This document shows positions 1 through 7,830 of a DNA stretch of 64,000 nucleotides, one piece after another. Each line of letters starts with the position of its first letter. The first letter of the stretch is position 1. The position numbers and the translations under genes were made by a program. Under the pieces are notes generated by a model. The model was not told the origin of the DNA and did not search any database. It saw only the letters and a program-made list of their open reading frames with translations. Source of the DNA: a bacterium (GTDB lineage: Bacteria; Zhuqueibacterota; Zhuqueibacteria; Residuimicrobiales; Krinioviventaceae); NCBI GenBank assembly GCA_963674595.2, contig CAXXFV010000015.1, forward strand, positions 316,692 to 380,691, in the 5' to 3' direction.

Positions 1-2
1 TT

Positions 3-602
3 ACCACATCAGATGCCTCGTTGCCGGTAGAGCTTTCTCTCTTTACCGCCGAACAGCAGGGCGCGTCTGTGCGGCTTGAATGGACCACAGAAAGTGAACG
101 AGATAATGCCGGGTTTGAAATTCAACGTTCGTGGAATGATAATAACTGGAAAACCATCGCTTCCTACAAAACCCATTCGGCATTGGTCGGGCAGGGCACC
201 ACATCATCGCGAACCGAATACACTTTTACTGATATATCTGCCGACGCTGACGTTTTGTATTATCGTTTACGGGATGTTCATATCAACGGATCAGCGGGAA
301 AGTGGACGGAAACAAAGATTGTTCGAAATAATTTGCCGCAGCAGTTTGTGTTACATGATGCTTATCCCAATCCTTTTAATCCACAGACAAATATTGATTT
401 TGAACTGCCGGAAAAATGTAATGTGTGTATAAAAATATTTAACGTTAAAGGTCAATGTGTGGAAGACTTGGCGGAACAGTCCTTTGACGCGGGCGTTCAC
501 TCTGTTGTGTGGACGGCTGTGGACCAACCCAGCGGATTGTATTTCATCCATTTACAGGCCGGAGGATTCAAGGCTGTACGCAGTGTTGTGCTTTTGAAAT
601 AA
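3..602 (+). CDS. 3' part of a secreted protein with DASLPVEL linker, Ig-like domain and T9SS type-A-like (YPNPFNP) C-terminal sorting domain; open at the window start
   Basis: Frame is open from base 3 (TTSDASLPVELS...). Contains WTTESERDNAGF and YPNPFNPQT...PSGLYF motifs. Close paralog of the 3' half of 9951..11027. Confidence 0.85.
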   Translation, partial: TTSDASLPVELSLFTAEQQGASVRLEWTTESERDNAGFEIQRSWNDNNWKTIASYKTHSALVGQGTTSSRTEYTFTDISADADVLYYRLRDVHINGSAGKWTETKIVRNNLPQQFVLHDAYPNPFNPQTNIDFELPEKCNVCIKIFNVKGQCVEDLAEQSFDAGVHSVVWTAVDQPSGLYFIHLQAGGFKAVRSVVLLK

Positions 603-670
603 TTTGATAATAGAATAAAATTCATAAACAGGTTTTTATTCGTATTTATCTGTCTGTGATGAATATATTT

Positions 671-709
671 AAACGCTGACAGGACTTAAAATCGTGTCAG
701 CGTTTTTTT
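671..709 (+). terminator. Rho-independent terminator
   Basis: AAACGCTGACA...TGTCAGCGTTT stem followed by a T-run, downstream of the stop at 602. Confidence 0.7.
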
Positions 710-781
710 ATAAATAATATGTTTAAAAAGTAATGCTTTTTTGTTATATTAGTTTTAATTTTCCTGCCAATATAAACATTT

Positions 782-3652
782 TTGTCAATGTTTAATCGCC
801 TGAGGAATAAATTGACCCGATTTCATCGATTATTGTACTATAGCCTGATTCTTTTTATGGTGGTTTTTTCAAGATCAACTTTTTGTTACAGCACGTTGAT
901 GAGCGAACCCGGTAAAAATTCGAAAACATCAGATGAAATATACAATATCGAGACCGGTTGGCAGTATCGCACAGGTGATTCTCCACAGGATTCAAATGGT
1001 CGGTTAACCTGGCTGGATGATAGTCTTGATTCCAGTGCATGGACATCTGTGGACAAGTTCAGCGATATACCTGTTTCAGGATATAAAAGTCTATGGGTAC
1101 GAACCCGTCTTCCGGATATTAAAGTTTTTAACTCGGCGCTCTATTTTCCAAGTGTACGGCAAATAGTTCAAATTTACTTGAATGGACAGCAAATTTATCA
1201 ATTTGGCGATTTCACAACCAAAGATAAAGACCACTTTGTGGGCTGGCGTATTATGCTTGTGCGTTTGCCCGAAGATTATGCTGATGGTATTCTCTGTTTC
1301 CGAATCTGGTCCAGCGGATCTACTATTGGTCTCAATCAGCCTCTCCGGCTTGTTTCGGCAAATGTTGTCTTAACTGACTTGTTCTTAAGAGATGCTGATG
1401 AAATTATTGTTGCGCCGCTTTTTATTATTCTTGGTTTTGTGCTGCTGATTGTTTTTTTGTTTTTTCAGAGAAACAGGCTGTTGATAGGAATTGCTCTTTT
1501 TCTAATACCAATTGGTGTATTTACAGGCAGCAATTCTTACTTTCTTCTAGCCTTGATTGACAAGCCGTATCTTTTTTTTCTGCTGGATTTTTTCTCATTA
1601 ATGATTTGTCCCATTGGAGGCCTGTATCTTACAGAGCAGATTATTGTCAAAAATTTCAGGCCTGTTGTCAGGCGGCTTTGGCAGGCACACCTGATTTTGT
1701 TACTAATTTCAATAATATCCACAATTGTTTTTAAGAACCGCTTTACGGACTTGTTTTATCAGCTTTTTTTCATATTGAGTTCAGTGAGCACCATTATAAG
1801 TTTTATTTTGGTCATTAAGAGTTTACACAAAGGCAGGCGGGAGATAAAATTACTTTTTATCGGATTGATTATTTTTTACTTTTTTGGGGGCAGCGAAATT
1901 TTCCTGCACTATGTAATACATGTGTCATCACATGTTAATTTGCTTCATTTCGGTACCTTTGGTTTTGTTGTCTGTCTGGCCTGGATCGTCATCGACAGAT
2001 ACATTGACACCATTCGCCAGCAAGAGATTGCACAGGAAAAAGTTATCGAGTCGGAAAAAATTAAAGAAATCGACAGGATGAAATCCCGGTTTTTTGCCAA
2101 TATTTCCCATGAATTTCGCACGCCCCTGACATTGATTATGGGCACAGCCAAACAGATTTTGGAGACCTCGAAGGATAAAAGCATACGCACAAAATCTCAG
2201 CTACAGATAAAGAACGGAAGGCGACTGCTGAACCTGGTCAATGAACTACTGGAACTGTCCCGGATCGAAGCAGGACGTATGGATTTAAAAATCGAATTGA
2301 CGGATATATTGCCGCTGATAAAAGGGGTTTGCCACGCTTTTGAATCGTATGTATTGCATAATAAAATCGATATGGTTTTTGCATCAGATCTGGATACTGC
2401 CCTCATTTGGATTGATCGCGATAAAATAGAAAAAGTAGTGACCAATCTGGTTTCGAATGCCGTCAAGTTTACACATTCAGGCGGGCAGATCAAAATATCT
2501 GTTTCTCAATACGAGTGCCTGGAAATAAGGATAGCCGATACGGGTCCGGGAATTGCAGGTCAGCACCTTCCCCATGTTTTCGACCGTTTTTACCAGGTGG
2601 ACAATGAATATAGACAAGATCAGCAGGGGAGCGGCATTGGCCTTGCGTTGGCCCGTGAACTGGTACATTTGCATCATGGTGAGATTACCGCGCAAAGTGA
2701 AATCGGCAGTGGCAGCACATTCATCGTGCAGTTGCCGATAGGGCGTGAACACTTTTCAGAAGAAGAGTTGGCGGCTTTACCTTTAGTGCCTGCTTTAGAA
2801 CCTGATCCAGGGGCTTCAAGTTCAGCAGAATCTCTGACAATTGAGGAGATTAGCGAGGATGTTCCGAATGTGCGTGTCCGGCGTTCAAAGAAAAAGGGTG
2901 CACCCATCATCCTCATTACAGAGGACAATACCGACCTTCGTGCTTATATCCGTGATATAATAGAGGGGGAATACGAAATTCTGGAGGCCGGGGACGGGAA
3001 GGAAGGCTTTCAACAGGCAATTGAAAGCATACCGGATCTGGTGATCAGTGATGTGATGATGCCCAAAATGGACGGTTACCAGTTTTGTGAAAAACTAAAA
3101 ACAGATGAACGAACCAGTCACATCCCTGTGGTTTTGCTTACCGCCAGGTCGGACAGCGCCAGCAAAATAGAAGGCCTTACGCAGGGCGCCGACGACTATC
3201 TCACCAAACCCTTTGAACCGGATGAGCTGCAAGTGCGGGTTAAAAATCTTATTGAGCAGCGCCGCAAACTGCGCGAACGGTTCAGCAGACAGATTACCAC
3301 ATCTTTTGCGGATATTGCAGTTATGCCCGCAGATGAAAAATTTTTAAAACGTGCTGTGGATATTATCGAAATCCATCTTGATAATCCCGATTTAAGTGTA
3401 GACTGGCTCAGCAACAAGCTGGCTCTTTCACGCTCTCAATTGCATAGAAAAATTCATGCTCTCACCAATCAAACCGTTGTTGATTTCATCCGTACCATCC
3501 GTTTAAAACATGCTGTACAAATGCTGGAAGCCCGGACCGCCACCATATCTGAAATTGCCTACCAAACAGGTTTCGGCAGCCCGGATTATTTCAGACGTTG
3601 TTTTAAAAAGCAGTTTGGCATGTCTCCTTCTCAATACATTTCTCTCAAATAA
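782..3652 (+). CDS. Hybrid two-component sensor/regulator: periplasmic sugar-binding-like domain, 7TM (DISM-like), HisKA, HATPase, REC, AraC HTH
   Basis: H-box FANISHEFRTPLT; NLVSNAVKFT; DTGPGI; GSGIGLAL; REC DLVISDVMMPKMDG and DYLTKPF; AraC tail ISEIAYQTGFGSPDYFRRCFKKQFG; about 7 hydrophobic segments. Confidence 0.93.
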   Translation: MSMFNRLRNKLTRFHRLLYYSLILFMVVFSRSTFCYSTLMSEPGKNSKTSDEIYNIETGWQYRTGDSPQDSNGRLTWLDDSLDSSAWTSVDKFSDIPVSGYKSLWVRTRLPDIKVFNSALYFPSVRQIVQIYLNGQQIYQFGDFTTKDKDHFVGWRIMLVRLPEDYADGILCFRIWSSGSTIGLNQPLRLVSANVVLTDLFLRDADEIIVAPLFIILGFVLLIVFLFFQRNRLLIGIALFLIPIGVFTGSNSYFLLALIDKPYLFFLLDFFSLMICPIGGLYLTEQIIVKNFRPVVRRLWQAHLILLLISIISTIVFKNRFTDLFYQLFFILSSVSTIISFILVIKSLHKGRREIKLLFIGLIIFYFFGGSEIFLHYVIHVSSHVNLLHFGTFGFVVCLAWIVIDRYIDTIRQQEIAQEKVIESEKIKEIDRMKSRFFANISHEFRTPLTLIMGTAKQILETSKDKSIRTKSQLQIKNGRRLLNLVNELLELSRIEAGRMDLKIELTDILPLIKGVCHAFESYVLHNKIDMVFASDLDTALIWIDRDKIEKVVTNLVSNAVKFTHSGGQIKISVSQYECLEIRIADTGPGIAGQHLPHVFDRFYQVDNEYRQDQQGSGIGLALARELVHLHHGEITAQSEIGSGSTFIVQLPIGREHFSEEELAALPLVPALEPDPGASSSAESLTIEEISEDVPNVRVRRSKKKGAPIILITEDNTDLRAYIRDIIEGEYEILEAGDGKEGFQQAIESIPDLVISDVMMPKMDGYQFCEKLKTDERTSHIPVVLLTARSDSASKIEGLTQGADDYLTKPFEPDELQVRVKNLIEQRRKLRERFSRQITTSFADIAVMPADEKFLKRAVDIIEIHLDNPDLSVDWLSNKLALSRSQLHRKIHALTNQTVVDFIRTIRLKHAVQMLEARTATISEIAYQTGFGSPDYFRRCFKKQFGMSPSQYISLK

Positions 3653-3667
3653 TTTCTCTCAAATAAT
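3640..3667 (+). repeat. Exact 14-bp tandem repeat TTCTCTCAAATAAT x2 spanning the HTCS stop codon
   Basis: 3640-3653 and 3654-3667 are identical, with degenerate copies on either side. Confidence 0.8.
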
Positions 3668-3683
3668 TCCTCAAAAAAACAAA

Positions 3684-3716
3684 TGCGACATATGTTCTGC
3701 TTTTTGCGACATGTGT
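3684..3716 (+). promoter_or_regulatory. Putative AraC/HTCS operator: direct repeat TGCGACATRTGT with 21-bp period
   Basis: TGCGACATATGT at 3684 and TGCGACATGTGT at 3705, between the HTCS gene and the FISUMP operon. Confidence 0.65.
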
Positions 3717-3785
3717 GCTTGTTACCTTTTCTCAAAGATTTTTATATTGGGCCTTATTTTATTCTGTTAAATATTGAGGCAGTCT

Positions 3786-4742
3786 ATGAAATATGTAACC
3801 ATCCTTTTATTATTCCTGTCCATTTCAGTCCATTCTCAAGAAATGGTTGTTTCCAACGTTCGTATGGTACAACGAACCGACGGCAATTTTATGGTTGATA
3901 TAGTGTACGATTTAAGTTATACAGGGGAGAATATGATTGCTATCGCTGTTGAAGCATCGGCTGATAACGGGGCAACATGGGATTTAGAGTGTAAAAGCCT
4001 GACGGGTGATGCAGGTGGAAATATCACACCGGGTACAGACAAGCATGTCGTATGGGATTTTTATGCAGACAATCCAAATGTTTCAGGAAATCAATACAAA
4101 GTCCGTGTAACTGCCAGTGATGAGTACATGATGGGCAATGACGGAAAACTGTATAAAACCGTTCAAATCGGCAATCAGCTTTGGATGGCGGAGAATTTAA
4201 AAGAGACAGTGTACAGGAATGGCGACCCGATACCTGAAGAAACCAATGGTCGTGACTGGCCGTTTTTTACCTCCGGCGCACGTTGTTCTTATGACAACTC
4301 GGAGTCATTAGCTGAGATTTATGGATATCTGTATAACTGGTATGCAGCCGTTGATACCCGGCATATAGCGCCCGAGGGTTGGCATGTGCCTTCAGATGTG
4401 GAGTGGAATATTTTACGCTCTTATCTTGGGCCTAATAGTATTCATATTGGGGCTGGGGGCAAGATGAAAGAAACAGGAACCGTGCATTGGGGTTCTCCAA
4501 ATGATGGGGCTACAAACGAGAGCGGATTTACCGCACTTCCTGCGGGATATCGATTTGGTGAAGATACGGATTATACGGGGTTTTTTTCACAACTCCAAAA
4601 TTCTACCTATTACTGGAATTCAACAAGCAGCACTAGTGAAAATGTAGAGATGTTGTGTCAATATCACGCTATGTTGGAACATGTGTATAACCAAAAGACT
4701 TATGGCCTCTCTATACGTCTGATCAAAGACAAAGATGAATAA
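3786..4742 (+). CDS. Secreted Fib_succ_major (FISUMP) domain protein, copy 1, with N-terminal Ig-like domain
   Basis: Signal peptide ending VHS-Q; YKTVQIGNQLWMAENL, YGYLYNWYAA, PEGWHVPSDVEW, GFTALPAGYR, GLSIRLIKD. ATG at 3786 follows GAGG. Confidence 0.88.
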   Translation: MKYVTILLLFLSISVHSQEMVVSNVRMVQRTDGNFMVDIVYDLSYTGENMIAIAVEASADNGATWDLECKSLTGDAGGNITPGTDKHVVWDFYADNPNVSGNQYKVRVTASDEYMMGNDGKLYKTVQIGNQLWMAENLKETVYRNGDPIPEETNGRDWPFFTSGARCSYDNSESLAEIYGYLYNWYAAVDTRHIAPEGWHVPSDVEWNILRSYLGPNSIHIGAGGKMKETGTVHWGSPNDGATNESGFTALPAGYRFGEDTDYTGFFSQLQNSTYYWNSTSSTSENVEMLCQYHAMLEHVYNQKTYGLSIRLIKDKDE

Positions 4743-4779
4743 AGCGCTTGATAATATCATATGTAATTTAAGGAAACAC

Positions 4780-5748
4780 ATGAAATTTTTAATAACCGTA
4801 CCAACATTACTCTTGACCGCTGTCTGCCTGTTCGCCCAGGTTTCCAATGTTCGTGTGCAACAGCGCACCGACGGCAGTTTGATGGTAGATATTTATTACG
4901 ATTTCAGTAATCCCGTAGTTTTTGATATGGAAATTATGGGGATGCAAGCCTCTAATGACAACGGTGCAACCTGGGACCTGGACTGCGTTAGCCTGACCGG
5001 TGATATTGGCGCAGAGGTTACTTTTGGAACAGACAGGCATATTGTGTGGGACTTTTACGCGGATAATCCCGGTATGAGCGGTGACCAGTTCAAAGTTCGT
5101 CTTCTCTATTATTTATTTGACTTTATGATTGGCAACGACGGCACGGTATACAAAACCGTCAAGATCGGCGACCAGTGGTGGATGGCCGAGAATTTAAGAG
5201 AAACAAAATATAATAATGGTGTAGAAATACCGGTGATAACGGATGATTATGAATGGGAACATTGCTATAGCTTTAACAGAGCCGCGCGTTGTGTTTATAA
5301 TCATGACGAATCAAATGCAGATACCTATGGATACATTTATAATGGACACGCTGCAAACAACAGTAAAATTGCACCTGTTGGCTGGCACCTGGCGACTGAT
5401 GATGATTGGAAAGAGCTGGAAATGTTTATGGGGATGACTCAGGCTCAAGCTGATGAATTTGGAACTCGTGGTACTGACCAAGGCGCCAAATTAAAGTCAA
5501 TAACAAGCTGGGACTCAGGTAATGGCAATAATATAACCAGGTTTTCTGCCATACCAGGCGGCTATAGGTGGACTCGTGGTAATTTTTCCTCCTTGGGTGA
5601 GATGACTGTTTTTATATCCAGTTACATCACAGAGTATGTAAATAATAGTTTATGTTTTACTCGAAGGATTAAAGAAGGTGCGGATGGTATAGAAAGAATG
5701 TCTGAATTTTCAGTAATGGGTGGTTATATCCGCCTGGTTAAAGACTAA
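4780..5748 (+). CDS. Secreted FISUMP domain protein, copy 2
   Basis: AGGA RBS then ATG at 4780; LFA-QVSNVRVQQRTDG; YKTVKIGDQWWMAENL; ends GYIRLVKD. Confidence 0.88.
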   Translation: MKFLITVPTLLLTAVCLFAQVSNVRVQQRTDGSLMVDIYYDFSNPVVFDMEIMGMQASNDNGATWDLDCVSLTGDIGAEVTFGTDRHIVWDFYADNPGMSGDQFKVRLLYYLFDFMIGNDGTVYKTVKIGDQWWMAENLRETKYNNGVEIPVITDDYEWEHCYSFNRAARCVYNHDESNADTYGYIYNGHAANNSKIAPVGWHLATDDDWKELEMFMGMTQAQADEFGTRGTDQGAKLKSITSWDSGNGNNITRFSAIPGGYRWTRGNFSSLGEMTVFISSYITEYVNNSLCFTRRIKEGADGIERMSEFSVMGGYIRLVKD

Positions 5749-5783
5749 TGACGTGCTAGTTTTATATTGATATGAGGAAACAC

Positions 5784-6749
5784 ATGAAATTTTTAATAAC
5801 CGTAGGAACATTGCTTTTAACCATTGGCCCCCTGTTCGCACAGGTCTCCAACGTGCGTGTGCAGCAGCGCACAGATGGCTCTTTGATGGTGGATATTTGT
5901 TATGATTTTATCAATCCCAATGGCTATGACACCGAAATAGCAGTCATGGCCTCTAACGACAACGGCGTGACCTGGGAGTTAGCGTGTTCAAGCTCAAACC
6001 AGACCGGCGATGTGGGCGAAGACATTAGCGCTGGTACAGACAAGCACATTGTGTGGGACTTTTACGCGGACAATCCCAATACCAGCGGCAGCCAGTTCAA
6101 GGTCCGGGTCCTGTACTATTTCTATGATACCATGACCGGCAACGACGGCACGGTATACAAAACCGTCAAGATTGGCAACCAATGGTGGATGGCGGAAAAT
6201 TTAAGAGAAACTAAATACCGTGATGGGTCAGAAATAGTATTAGCAACTCATGATTGGATGTATAACGAAGACGCCGCAAGAGGCATAAGATGTATTTATA
6301 ACAACAATGAAAGTAATGCTGCAACGTATGGCTATTTGTACAATTGGTATGCCGCTGCCCAAAGTGGTATAGCCCCCGAAGGCTGGCATGTGCCAACGGA
6401 TGAGGAGTGGAACGTACTGGAAGCCTATTTAGAAATAGGGGCCCCGGATACTCAGGTTGGTGATTATAGTGGTTATAATGGTCAAGGCGCCAAATTCACG
6501 AGTGCTGAGTACTGGGATCGTAAACTGGATAATAATAGCCCCTACTTTAACATCAGCCGTTTTTCAGCAGTGCCCGGCGGTATGCGTTGGGATACAGGTG
6601 AGTTCAATGGAATAGATTATGATGCCAATTTTTGGACTGCAACAAGCCCTTCTAGAGACCGAGCGTGGTGCCGATCAGCAGCCACTTCGTATTACCACAA
6701 CGCCGTTAGCAAGTATCAAGGTTTTTCTATCCGCTTGGTCAAAGATTAA
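5784..6749 (+). CDS. Secreted FISUMP domain protein, copy 3
   Basis: GAGGA RBS; same N-domain; YGYLYNWYAA, PEGWHVPTDEEW, GFSIRLVKD. Confidence 0.88.
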   Translation: MKFLITVGTLLLTIGPLFAQVSNVRVQQRTDGSLMVDICYDFINPNGYDTEIAVMASNDNGVTWELACSSSNQTGDVGEDISAGTDKHIVWDFYADNPNTSGSQFKVRVLYYFYDTMTGNDGTVYKTVKIGNQWWMAENLRETKYRDGSEIVLATHDWMYNEDAARGIRCIYNNNESNAATYGYLYNWYAAAQSGIAPEGWHVPTDEEWNVLEAYLEIGAPDTQVGDYSGYNGQGAKFTSAEYWDRKLDNNSPYFNISRFSAVPGGMRWDTGEFNGIDYDANFWTATSPSRDRAWCRSAATSYYHNAVSKYQGFSIRLVKD

Positions 6750-6785
6750 TAACGTGCTTAATACTAATATAATATGAGGAAAAAC

Positions 6786-7777
6786 ATGAGATTTTCAACA
6801 ACCATATTATTATTGATTTTAATGATGGGATGCCTGTACGCCCAGGTCTCCAACGTGCGGGTGCAGCAGCGCACGGACGGTACTTTTATGGTTGATATCT
6901 GGTACGATTTTAACAACCCTCAAGGGTATGATAACGAAATCACGGTCAAAGCATCTGACGATAACGGCGCAAGCTGGAACCTGTACTGCATTAGCCTCAC
7001 CGGCGACCTGGGTGAGAACATTACCGCCGGCACAGACAAGCACATAGTGTGGGATTTTTATGCCGACAATCCCAATATGAGCGGCAGCCAGTTCAAAGTG
7101 TGTGTGCTTTATTCTTTTTATAGCACCATGACCGGCAATGACGGCACGGTCTACAAAACCGTCAAGATTGACGACCAGTGGTGGATGGCTGAAAATTTAA
7201 GAGAGACTCAATATCGTGATGGAACCAGCATAAAAGAAATAGCAGATAGTTTTTATTGGCCTCTCGGTTATTCAGGCCGGTGTGCATATGAAAACGTTGA
7301 AAGTAATGCTGATACGTATGGCTATTTATATAATTGGTATGCTTGTGACGATGACCACCAAATTGCCCCCCGGGCTGGCATATGCCAACAGATAGTGATT
7401 GGAAAGAACTGGAACGCTCCCTGGGCATGAGTGAAAGTAACGTGAATGCTACCTATAGGCCTGATAGCCGTGAAGGCAGTAAACTCGCCGGTCGTGCTGA
7501 TTTGTGGTGGGGAGGTGGTCTTTTGGAGACTGATGCCAACTTTGATGTTAGTGGTTTTTGCGCGGTGCCAGGCGGTTACCGCAACTACGATTATGAGGGT
7601 GATTTCACCCAAAAAAATTACAAGGCCCGTTTTTGGACCGCTTCGGAGGAAGATGAAATTCACATATATGACCCTTCTTACGCGTGGTATCGCGGGTTGG
7701 ACCATACGAATGCATATCTCCACCGTTCATATACCTATAAGGAGCATGGTTTTTCTATTCGCCTGGTCAAAGATTAA
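6786..7777 (+). pseudogene. FISUMP domain protein, copy 4, split by a 1-bp frameshift in a C6 run (7366-7371)
   Basis: ORFs 6774..7430 and 7382..7777 carry the N- and C-halves. Adding one C restores IAPPGWHMPTDSDW and a 993-nt gene. May be a sequencing error. Confidence 0.8.
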
Positions 7778-7830
7778 CCAATGATCATAAACAAAAATGT
7801 TATTAATTAACAACTAAAATAGAGGTTAAC

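Noticed and set aside
3786-7830. Diversity-generating retroelement acting on the FISUMP genes
   Set aside because: No reverse transcriptase, Avd or non-coding template repeat is seen in the window, and paralog differences include indels rather than adenine-only substitutions. A remote DGR cannot be excluded.
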